Shown piece after piece: positions 53,620 to 64,000 of a stretch of 64,000 bases of DNA. A program made the translations under genes and the position numbers. A model generated the notes under the pieces. It worked only from the letters and a program-made list of their open reading frames with translations, ran no database searches and was not told the origin of the DNA. The stretch comes from Eledone cirrhosa (lineage: Eukaryota): the NCBI GenBank assembly GCA_964016885.1, contig CAXHJY010001669.1, forward strand, positions 62,001 to 126,000. The letters run 5' to 3'. The first letter of the stretch is position 1, and each line of letters starts with the position of its first letter.

Positions 53620-54085
53620 GTGGAAAATGAAGAAGGGAGCACCCTCTCTTTGTGCTCCCGTGGAGAAGGGTAGCACATTTTTTCGGGGGTGTGTGTGACC
53701 CCAAAACGAACCCTCCCTATTGAGGACCTTCTTGTTACTATTTTGTTTGTTATATTTTTCTTACTCGATTTTTATGTAAACTCCCCCCACCCATGTTCAT
53801 GTCTCTTTCTTTTGTGCCCTAGTGGCAAATAAACAGGAATTAGTCTGTATGTCAGTCTGTCAATCTGTCAGTCTATCTCTCACTATATCTATGTCTGTCT
53901 GTTTTATTCTTAGCCTTTATCTTGTCTGTCTTCAACCCAAGTAAAAGAAAACAGACCTCACTCCCAGCATTGCCACTATTATTTGTGTTGCTGCTGCTGT
54001 TGTTGTAACTGCTGCTGTTGCTGCTGTGTTTCATTCATAATTTTCTCTCAATGAAAATATATTTGACTTTCAGTGAAGAAAATGA

Positions 54086-54210
54086 GAGGGGTGGGGGCAC
54101 TACAGACAAGGGAGATGGAAAGATAGAGGGGTGGGGGCACTACAGACAAGGGAGATGGAAAGATAGAGGGGTGGGGGGCACTACAGACAAGGGAAATGGA
54201 AAGATGGAGG
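54086..54210. repeat. ~40-bp G-rich tandem repeat, 3 copies
   Basis: GAGGGGTGGGG(G)CACTACAGACAAGGGAGATGGAAAGATA x3. Confidence 0.85.
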
Positions 54211-54473
54211 GAAATGAGACTAAATTAATAAGAGTGAGAAAATAATAGAGGAGAAAGATAAAAAAATGGATGCACAGTATTTTTGAAAATGTATATAACG
54301 TGATGGTCATGGCTCGAAATGTCTTTACTCGTTATTTTGGCCTGAGAGCGAAATTACAATAACAATAACAGCAGCAGTAGTAGCAACAATAATAATAACA
54401 AGAATAACATCAACAACAATAAGATAATGTGGGAGCCTTAACTCCTTCGTTTGATATAATATAACATCCAAAT

Positions 54474-56725
54474 CTTCTTCTTCTTCTTCTTCTTCTTCTT
54501 CTTCTTCTTCTTCTTCTTCTTCTTCTTCGCCCACTTATTCCCGAGAAGGTCGTGGGGGAAGAGCCCTATACACTCCTCCCAGTGGGTCCTTTCAGAAGTA
54601 GCCGTCTCCTACTGATCCGGCTGGATCCCCAAGCGTGACCAACTGAGCTCATGGATGTTATCCAACCATCTTGCTCGGGGTCTACTCCTGGGTCTTCTGC
54701 CACTTGGTTCTTTCCTGAGATATTCTAACCACATGCCCATAGTGCCGGAACTGTGATCTCTCAATTCGGAGAAGTAGCGGCTCTACTTGCAGCGACTCTC
54801 TGATCTCCGAGCTACGCAATCTATCGAGTAACTTTACTTCAAAAATCCTTCGGAGGAACCTCATTTCGGCCGATGGTATTGACGGTGGTATTCTTTCGGT
54901 TAATACCCAAGATTCATGACCATAGGTAAGGGTTAGCTGGAATGCCGACTTGAAGAAAGCGATTTTGGCTTTTACACCTACCTCCCTTCTTCTGATTACC
55001 GAATCCTGAAGCTGGCGTATTACTGCACTAGCTCCTGCAATTCTTGCACTTAATTCAGCCTCATGCCTTCTCCACTTTCTTCAGTCGAACTCCATTCACA
55101 TGTAGAGTGCACTGTGCAGGCTTCCTTGAGAGAACGCGTGTCTCAGTTTTCGCAACACTGATTTTATTCCAACAATGCAGCACTCGGCACGAAACCTATC
55201 AAGTGCATGTCAGAGATCACCTTCTGTCGAGTTAAGTAATTTCCTGTCGTCTGCAAATTCGAGCCGACTGATTCTACATTTGTCAGTCGTGATACCACTT
55301 CCAACCCGGCTGCACATGTTAATCTTGTTCATGAAATTAATGAACAGGAGATGTGACAGTACGCACCCTTGGTGGAGTCCGACACCCACATTGAATGATT
55401 TCGATTTATAACCATTTATCCGAGCACAAATACTCGGGCATTGATCCCATGCTCCTGGAGAACCTTCCACAAAAGGTCCTGTGGAACGCGGTCATATGCC
55501 TTATCAAGGTATACAAAGCAAGAATACACCTCCTTGCAGTACTCCCACGATTTCTGAAAGACCTGCCGCAATGTGAATATTTCATCGGTTGTCCCGCGTC
55601 CGGGGCAGAAACCACACTGTTCATCAGCTAGCTTGGACTGGACAATCTCCCTACATCTCTTGTCTCCCTTTTTGAAAATTAGGATTATCACTCCCGACTG
55701 CCATGGATTAGGTGACTTTCCAGAGATGCAGCCCATCTGGAACATATGAGTCAGTCAGAGAATATCTTCTCTATTTAAGGTCAACATCTCGAACTGAATT
55801 TCATCCTCCCCAGCGGCCTTGCCATATTTGAGTTCTTTAATTGCTCTTTTGACCTCAACCTCCGAGAGATTAGTCACCGCTCCCAGATGCACCTCGTGTA
55901 CATCAGAAGATGCTGTTGTGATCGGGTTTAGGAGATCAGCAAAATATTCTCTCCACCTCAGGAGGATGCACCTCTCTGCAGAGAGAACCTCAGATGCTTT
56001 CCTGGTCGCAGGTGTGGAGGATGACTTATGAAGTAGGTGGATGGTGTGCCAGAATACTTTATTTGCTGATATGATGTTGGTTTCCAGCTTAATCCCAAAG
56101 TCCTCCCATGTCTTAGTTTTAGACGCCTTTACTGTCTCTGCTGTGATTTTTTGTCCCTGCTTGTGCCGCAAGTGCAAGAAGGAGGACTTATTTCCAAGCC
56201 AAGCTTTGTAGGCCTCCTTCTTTGCTCAGATGGCATCGTTGATCTCTTGATTGAACCACGGGGACCTCCTACTTTCCGGTATCTTACCAAATCTCTTTCG
56301 ACTGCAACATTTAACAGCTGCAGCAGAAACTGCCGAGCTGAACAATCTCCACTCCGTTTTAATGTCCTCAGTTTGCTCAGGGAGTTTTCTGAATTTGGAT
56401 GCAATAGTATCTGCATACCTAGTCCTGACTTCCTTATTCACCAACGGTTCTCACTTTATCCTGTAGGTCGACCTGGACCTGCTAGTTTTGTGGGCTTCTT
56501 TGGCTTTAGGTAGTCTCAAGTTGCAGATAACTAGATGGTGATCAGTTGACAGTCCAGCTCCTCTCTTAACACGAACATCCAGCACAGAATCGAAAAGATC
56601 AGAGACAATAACAAAATCAATTATTGATCTACCTGATTCCACTAATACCATGTATATTTATGGATGTCTCTGTGCTGGAAGAAGTCCATTGCTATAACAG
56701 AAGTTAATAAGGGCTCTCCATTCGT
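54474..56725 (-). mobile_element. Decayed RTE LINE (APE end through RT to 3' end) with (GAA)n tail
   Basis: Minus strand SIIDFVIV, RGAGLSTDHHLV, GKAAGEDEI, EQCGFCPGRGTTD, FVYLDKAYDRV, GLHQGCVLS, FADD; (TTC)n at 54474-54528. Confidence 0.92.
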
Positions 56726-57173
56726 ATTTAGATTGAATTAACCGAATTTTTTGGAAAATAATGACAATGCAAACGGGAGTGGATTTCGTTTTTAACCTTT
56801 TTGATACCAATCCACCGTAAACTGACCCTGGCTCTACGATGTTTTATTTATCTAAAAATCTTCTACCGTACTTTTATGTAAGAACCTTTGTTATTTTTTT
56901 TTTTTTTAATATGTAAACAAATTTTATTTCATAGTAGAGTTATATAAACATACAGAAAAAGAGAGCAGCAATGGAAAGGACTATAAATGCCATAAACAAG
57001 AGGAAAAGTGGAAGAAGAGCAAGGACTAATACTCCAAATACCAGATTGATAACGAATACGTTAGTTATATATCTTAATCTTTTCAAATTCTTGTTTTCAA
57101 AATTATTCGAACATTCAATGCAATATTTTTTTATTAGAAATATGATAACGACAAAGTTAATAACGAGAAAGTT

Positions 57174-57381
<208 letters not shown>

Positions 57382-57424
57382 TATTTCAAAATTTATTCGA
57401 AAATCATGCACAAGAATTTTTATT

Positions 57425-58616
57425 AGGAATATGGTAACAAAAGAGTTAAACCTAGCTCATGAAAGCAACGGGCATGTTTCTATCTTGTTAGATCCCATAA
57501 GCGAAACATATTCAACCCCAGGTGGCAAAATGTAAATGTGATCAGTATATATAGAAATGGGGCGGTCGATTTGACAGAATTGTTGGAGTACTGAAGATTT
57601 GTTCCGGCTCTCTGCACTCTGAATTCGAATCTCGCCGAGATCCACTTTGCCATTGATTAGGTATCACTATGAATTTTTGAAAATTATTTAAACCTAACTT
57701 CTGTTGTACTTTTTCTTGGAGAGCATCCAAAAGGAAACATCATGGTACCTCATTTGTGAAATTTGGATGAATATTTTAGGAAATATGACCATTTGAATGG
57801 TCAGTGAATTAGTCGAAATTTTGCCTAATTAGGCCTAAATGAATAATTAGCCATATTTGTGATCTCATATCTTTGAAACTGAGGTGATAATCATCTTCAA
57901 ATTACACAAATTAATAGTGGGGTATCAGTTGCCTATTTTTTTTTTTTTTTTCAGGTTCTTGAAAATGAAACTGCATTTTTGGCAATTTTAAAAAATATCT
58001 ATACAAAGCTTATGTTGTTGCATGTAACAAACAGTCGATTGTTTGACGCAAACATAAGCTTTTCGTTGTTTTCAGACCTAGCTAAATCCCAAAGTACAAG
58101 CTATAGGGACTTGAGTTTTGGCACATTTCTAGTAGATATAAAGTTAAATAAATTGTAAGAAATGGAACATGATACTATTTCAATACATTTTTAATGGACT
58201 ATTACAATTGGCTATAAATAATTAAATTACAGTGATTAAAGACTGTCGTAAGCCATTCATGCATTTTCAGACATGGCTTTATCGCGATCCATTATCTGTA
58301 GGGGGTTTAGTTTTGATACACTGGTACAGGGTATAAAACTGAATCCTCTCTGTAAGCTTGAAGCTTTACAATACATTTAATAGGTATCCCTGTAGAACTC
58401 CATGGAAGGGGATGACATGCACAGTTTCCTTGATCATTTTCATGTCAAAATACGTTTTGAGTGGACAATTATTTATCATTTGAAATTTATAAATGTGAAC
58501 TTTCTTCTTATATACTTTTGATCAAAATCTGACAGTTACATATCATGTCAGGTTGCGAATTCAATACGGGCAATGCCAAGGTTTAAAAGTTAACCAAAGT
58601 GTTACTAACATTCCTG
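57425..58616. mobile_element. Possible old non-autonomous DNA transposon
   Basis: Imperfect inverted ends AGGAATATGGTAACA / TGTTACTAACATTCCT around AT-rich non-coding sequence; no target-site duplication (TSD) identified. Confidence 0.25.
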
Positions 58617-58759
58617 TTACAAAGTGTTAGTGATATTTATCAATAAAATTATTCAATTTTATTTAATTATTAATGAAACTTTCTTAGATTGCATGATTAA
58701 ACCTAGATTAAAAAACAAACAAAATGTGAAAACTAATTCCTGTAAGCAAACTCGTTACT

Positions 58760-58760
<1 letters not shown>

Positions 58761-58820
<60 letters not shown>

Positions 58821-59066
58821 GTGTGAGTGTGTGTTTGTTGGGGAGAATGTAAGTGTGGGAGAATTAGAATGAAAATCAGAATTATAATCCGAATCAGGAT
58901 TAGCATCCGAATCTGAATTAGATCCAGAGATCCAGATCTGAATTAGTATCAGAGTCTTAATTATATCCTGAATCAGAATAAGAGTCAGTGTCAGAGTCAG
59001 AGTCATGATCAGAATTACAATCTGAACCATAAACAATTAGAATCAGATTCAGATTTTGGAAACGGA

Positions 59067-59112
<46 letters not shown>
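58761..59112. repeat. (GA)n, degenerate (ATCAGA)n and (GT)n microsatellite cluster
   Basis: Direct reading. Confidence 0.85.
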
Positions 59113-59114
<2 letters not shown>

Positions 59115-59857
59115 AAGGTAGTGGTGCAGACAGACTGACTGAACTGTAGACTAAATTAACGAGGAATAGATGTTGATATAATATAGATAACTAAAGACAG
59201 TGAAAGACTAAGAGAGAGTCACCGAGGGGGGTGGAGGCAGTGTGTAGTGTTGTAATGGCGTAAAGACTGAGAAAGAAAGAGAGGGAAAAAGAGATATGGG
59301 GAGAGGGTGAGTGAGAGTGTGTAATGTTGTAATAGTCTAAAAACTAGGAGAGAGAGAGAGAAGTGGGTAGGGAGAGTGTGTGTAGTGTTGTAATGATGTA
59401 AATAGTTCTAAGAGATATTGAACTAGAATGAATCAATAATTGGTGATTCTACCGTCTTAGTCTGCCGTAAACCATAGCAACGATAGTAGCGACACCAAAC
59501 GTATTGTGACGCAACTACTACATCACGACGTCTCACATGTATTGTTATTTTGTTGTTAGTGTTTTTGTTGTTGTGCAACCCTAGGTCGGCTATGCTCCAG
59601 TAGATCTATTAGCACATATGTAGTTATGTCTGGTCCAGTTGTTAAGGAAAGGGTCTGAAACTGAAGGACACAACAGAGTCATTACGTCTTGGATAAGAGG
59701 CACAGCGGGCCAAATATGAGATGAGGTGGGGGTGAACAGTTATAATGCTAACCTGCAATACAACTTAGAAGCTGCTATTCATTTTTTTTTTTCATTAAAA
59801 TGAATCCGCATATTACATAGAAAATTATTTTGCGGACCGCATGTTTGAGTCCCCTGG

Positions 59858-60335
59858 GTAAGGTGTTGGACTGACGATCAGAACGTCATTGGTTCAATTC
59901 CTGAACCGGGTGTCATGTTGTGTTCTTTAGCAAAATAGTTTAGTTCACGTTGCTCCTTCTGCCAAGAGTTGCAACTAGCCGATATTATCAGCAATGGAAA
60001 GACCAATGGAAACATTGTTTCCTTGGTTGGATCTGAAGATGAGTTCCTTTCCTTTATTTAGTAAAATGTGCATGAGATCGTAAAGTCGTGAGTTCGATTC
60101 CCAGACCATGCGGCGCGTTCTGTCCACTTTAATTTTACTTTGTTCCTGTCCACTCAGTTGTCAAAAATGAGTAATTCAAATAATCTGTAATTCAAAAGGT
60201 CAGCCATGTCACAAATTATGTCACGTTGAATCTCCCCTAAAAACTACGTTAAATGCACGCATATCTGCGGAATGCTCACCCACATACATGTTAATTTCAC
60301 GAGCAGGCAGTTCCGTTGATTAACCGACTGAGCTC
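59858..60335 (+). mobile_element. Two partial tRNA-derived SINEs (family of 45790-46081)
   Basis: B boxes GGTTCAATTCC (~59891) and GAGTTCGATTCC (~60090). Body TGTCAC...GAATCTCCC...CGTTAA...TTAATTTCACGAGCAGG matches the reverse complement of 45805-45915. Confidence 0.7.
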
Positions 60336-60599
60336 CAACACACGTAGTTACTCAAATGTCTAGATATATTTTCCATAAATTTAGTTTAATCAAAGAATGC
60401 AGTGTAGCACTCATGTATGTTTTGAACAAGCACACTCACGTTAATACCCGTTCAGCGCTACACTCGTTTAGCGTCTGTATTTTTTTATTGTGGGAATGTG
60501 GGAAGACAATATTTTAGGTAGGATAGCTCAACATTATTATAATAATTGTACGCTAATATGTAAGAAACTATGATTCACATTCGTGCATACTACAACATA

Positions 60600-60786
60600 C
60601 AGTGCCGGATTTGGGACAAATGAGGTCCTGTGCCAGTTAAATTATGAGGCCTCTTACTTGGGCCCGGAAGAAAGTAGGCCCGGTTAAAAAAGATTTTTTT
60701 AAAAAGGAAGATGCCCCCCTCCCCACCCCCACCCAACGGGGCCCTGTGCTTAAGCACATCTAAGCACAATGGTAAATCTGGCACTG
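60600..60786. mobile_element. hAT-type MITE
   Basis: TIRs CAGTGCCGGATTT / AAATCTGGCACTG; 8-bp flanks ACAACATA / ACCACATA (7/8 identical TSD). Confidence 0.8.
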
Positions 60787-61100
60787 ACCACATATACCCG
60801 AATTGTTTTCACAATTGTTTATTTATCATGAACAGTAAAAGGCCTGTAATTTTAAGTGCTGAAGTTTCACCAAATATTCCACCCCACCTCCCCACTTCCA
60901 ACATTACACTAGATGTAAAATTGTAAGTATTGGGACTGTTGGAATCTAGCAAACGTAAAACATATGTGGGCGGATCGTTAAACCTCACCGCATCAACGGC
61001 TACGTTTATGCATAGCGCTGCGTAGAGGCGTGTTTCAACAAGAAAGTATTTTGGGCGCTTACCCAGGTATTATAATTCCATATATATATATATATATATA

Positions 61101-61263
61101 TTTAATTGATGTTGGAATCGATACGTATCTGACGACCGTGTTGATTTCAGAGTCAGGTGTGATCACCATATCGATCGTGCCTCGAGCTGGTCGCCCGAGA
61201 AACATTTGTAATATGTCCAATAAATTCCTTTTGTCGCGACACTGATTCTCTTTTTTCTGTGAT
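61101..61263 (+). mobile_element. PLE pseudo-LTR remnant in (TA)n (family of 36738-37106)
   Basis: Shares ATCGATCGTGCCTCGAGCTGGTCGCC...TAATATGTCCAATAAATTCC...TTCTGTGATA with 37012-37106. Confidence 0.8.
61123..61216 (+). ncRNA. Type I hammerhead motif, 63-nt stem II region
   Basis: ACGTAT-CTGACGA(61129)...GAAA(61199)-CATTTG-TA-ATATGT. Confidence 0.65.
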
Positions 61264-61729
61264 ATATATATATTTATATAAATATGGTTACACACACACA
61301 CACACACACAGACACAGACACAGACACACACACACATATATATTAGGTATTAAATTAACAATGAAAATAAAAGCAAGAAAGTCAAGTTACTTTACCTATT
61401 CATATCATTGTTTTACGATCGTTTTGGAGGGTCGATGATATTGACATGTTGTCTGATCTATAGCAGTTATATAACTGTATACTATCAGACCTCATATATA
61501 GGTTCGATCAGACCATCTACCTAATATCTGACACTGTATCTGAGGAATTAATTCAGAGGAACACAGAACTTCTCTATGGATTCCATTGGATTACATTGAG
61601 TTCTATCTATGGTACGAACCCTACCACCAGAGGTAGACCACATAAAAAATAAAAAATAAAAAATAAAAAATAAAAAATAAAAAATAAAAAATAAAAAATA
61701 AAAAATAAAAAAAATATATATAGAGAGAG

Positions 61730-63290
61730 AGAGGTAGAACACTGGAAGGTAATATCCGTAGTGGTAGAGCACTCAGTCCATGGGACGAGTTTGGTAGAAG
61801 TAGTAACACAACAGTTAGTTCACCATACCGAGAACAATTGTTTCAGCTTATGCGGATCTTCAGCTCGGACTGGTCATGGTTATACGGAACAGGAAGAACA
61901 ACCGTATGAACGCGCATTCGCAGAAACGGTCACTTCACCCAAGCGATACAAAACTACGGGCGAAAGGTGTAAGGGAGATAAGTGCGAAAGTCCGGAATAA
62001 AATGTTGATTAGAAAATTAGAATGTTGTTGTTATTCAATCCGGAGCTTTGTAGTTATGCAAGAGGTGTTTCCAGACATGTGGACAACGTGAGATTTCATT
62101 TCTTGAATTTAGGCAATCGCTATTGCGTAATCTCCTTAGAATATTTATCCCTTCTTTAATACACAGACCACAAGACGGATTGCCCCTCGCGTATGGCTTT
62201 CCATTGAAGGGAGTAGTCTATACCTGAGTCCTTGAGGGACCATACGTGGCTCGCGAGTTTCCTGGATGATCGTTTGTCCGGGTACCTAAAAGTCGACTGA
62301 TGGTTCAGAAAGCGTTCCTTAAATCGGCCCTCCGCCATACCCACATAGGATTTGACCTCCTGTGGTCGATTTGGTCGGTTGGAAGTGACCACAGCTTCAT
62401 AAACTACAGCGGGTGTGTTGCATTGCTGTTGAAGGGGACAAGCTTCAGGCTTTCGGCAAGAACATCCTGGTGGGGTGCTGCTCTTAGGACTGTTGGTGAT
62501 GTGGGTCTTCATATTCTTAGCGCAGGTGTACCCTACTTTTACTCTGTGTCTGTTAAAGATGGAGCGGTATTTGTGACCTATGGGAACGTGTCTATCTAAG
62601 AGGGCTAAAAAATGTTTTCCTACATTAGTTTTAACGTTGAGTGAGAAGGGAGGAGAGAACGAGATAGTTTGTCTATTGTTACGATTTCTTTTCTTATTGC
62701 TGTTGTTGTTAATGGGGGGAGTAAGTAATTGGTTGCGAGAAGCCGTTGTTAGCTAACGCCGTGTTATAGTAGGGTACCGCTCTGTCAAAGATAGCCTTAT
62801 TAGAGGAGAGGTTAGAGATTCTAGTACTGATATTATTTACGAAGTTTCTAAAAACAGTAGGAGGGTGGCATGCATCCTTGTGTATGTAATTAAGTTTTTC
62901 GTTTAGCTTATGGAAGGGTCTGAAGGTATATGTGCGAAGGTCTAAATTAATGTCTAAGAAATCTACGCTAGAGAGGTTGGTAGCTACTGTTATCCTAAGT
63001 CATAACTCATTAAAGGTAGAAGTTAAATATTTTTTAAACCGGTCCAGGCCGTGACCACTTTTATGGTTCGATAAGGTCAGGCTATCGTCGCGGTATATTC
63101 GCGTGTGGAAGTCCGGGAATCTAACACGCAATATGTCTAAAATAAATAGGCCAACCAAGTTGCATGCGTCAGGACTGTCAAACGATCCCATGGAGACATC
63201 GAATAGTTCTGAAATGGTTGACTTCTTTGCTCAGGCTACTCCGTTGTTGAAGAGGAGGATTTTCCGGCAGTGTGCGATGATCTCCCTTTA
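61730..63290 (-). mobile_element. Decayed Penelope-like element: RT core, CxC linker, GIY-YIG endonuclease, 3' pseudo-LTR
   Basis: FDVSMGSFDSPDACNLVG...IYRDDSL (RT); CSCRKPEACPLQQQC...VVYEA...YVG...FKERFLNH (EN); LNSRNEISRCPH...APD* with the stop at 62035-62037; several frameshifts and stops. Confidence 0.88.
61828..61868 (-). ncRNA. Minimal type I hammerhead ribozyme motif in PLE 3' UTR
   Basis: Minus strand CCGAG-CTGAAGA-TCCGCATAAGCT-GAAA-CAATTG-TT-CTCGG; perfect 5-bp stem I, palindromic stem III, weak stem II. Confidence 0.75.
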
Positions 63291-63624
63291 AAAGAGGAAG
63301 TCGAGACACATTCTCCTACGCTGGCGGCGATTGGCTGAACTGAGCCAAACAACGCACGGAGAATGTATCCATGAGCCCTCGGAATGTAGGTCACTACAAT
63401 ACCCCCTATCTAGTCTGCAAGACGATATATAAAATTAAATCAGCAGGAAAAATGCTGAAAGAAAGCACATCAATGAAAAAATTGAACAAAAGAATGCATG
63501 AAAGAAGAAAAATGAGACGCTAAGGGCTGTGTTGAGCCGCTGTGTCAAATGACTAGCTGTTTTGCTATTTATGCGTGATAAAGTCTGACATGGGTAAAGT
63601 TGCTGTTCTTGCATTAAATGTTAG

Positions 63625-63826
63625 CTTTTATGGTATGTGTTGTACCAGAGCTGTGGATGAAGCTGTTATGGTAGTTTACCAGTAGCTGTTGTCAATGATG
63701 GTGCTGTTCATGCTTTACCAGAGCTGTATAGCTGTTATGGTAAGTGTTATACCAGAGCTGTTATGGTCAATGTTATACCAGAGCTGTATAGCTGGAACTG
63801 TTATGGTAAATGTTGTAGCAGAGCTG
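63625..63826. repeat. Degenerate minisatellite built on TACCAGAGCTGT / GCTGTTATGG
   Basis: The motif recurs ~6 times with irregular spacing. Confidence 0.6.
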
Positions 63827-64000
63827 GCAAGATGTTGGGTAGGCGAGAAATTGTCGGCCTCCCAGGCGAATTGCCGGAAGTGCTAGGCAGCCCGGAAAAA
63901 ATGGCTAGTTGCTTTGAAAAGAAAAAAAGCAAGTTGAATCTGTAGGTGGGTAGTAGTTGAAGCGGTAATTCCATAATTCTGGCGAATCCATAAGAGAAAT

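Larger units (their letters stand above)
49084..53835 (+). mobile_element. Tx1/L1-clade LINE copy 2: ORF1 internally deleted, ORF2 nearly intact
   Basis: The 5' UTR and ORF1 start (MFIDIV..., 49261) repeat those of copy 1. APE-RT-zinc finger ORF2; AATAAA at ~53828. Confidence 0.93.

Noticed and set aside
47035-53835. LTR/DIRS element suggested by long direct repeats
   Set aside because: The repeats are duplicated 5' and 3' parts of an APE-RT LINE; there is no integrase, RNase H or tyrosine recombinase.
59700-59856. hAT/Charlie-like end GCGGACCGCATGTTTGAGTCCCCTG
   Set aside because: Only one terminus is recognisable; no matching TIR or TSD, so it is not listed as a feature.

Overview
Repeat-only, AT-rich eukaryotic (animal) genomic DNA. 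I can support no host protein-coding gene. The SINE families and microsatellite style resemble those I know from octopus/coleoid cephalopod genomes; this taxon call is inference. Bases 1-27.1 kb are one giant minisatellite of roughly 600 units of about 39-54 bp: a fixed core (T/C)CCACAGCCAGAGTTACCAAC plus (ACC)m(ACT)n, with 4.3-kb and 2.8-kb higher-order duplications. It yields the 7858-aa Thr-rich ORF and the poly-Val antisense ORFs, which are probably not genes. Bases 29.9-37.6 kb and 61.1-63.3 kb are nests of Penelope-like element (PLE) remnants inserted in (TA)n, many of them fold-back structures. They carry about ten recognisable type I hammerhead ribozyme motifs, several with unusually long stem II. 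Bases 47.0-53.9 kb are a head-to-tail pair of Tx1/L1-clade LINEs with complementary deletions, embedded in a (TCTG)-type microsatellite; one copy has an almost intact ORF2. The rest comprises decayed RTE LINEs, a deleted mariner, a tandem array of about 14.5 copies of a Tc1/mariner-type MITE, a hAT MITE, tRNA-derived SINEs, a possible solo LTR and microsatellites.
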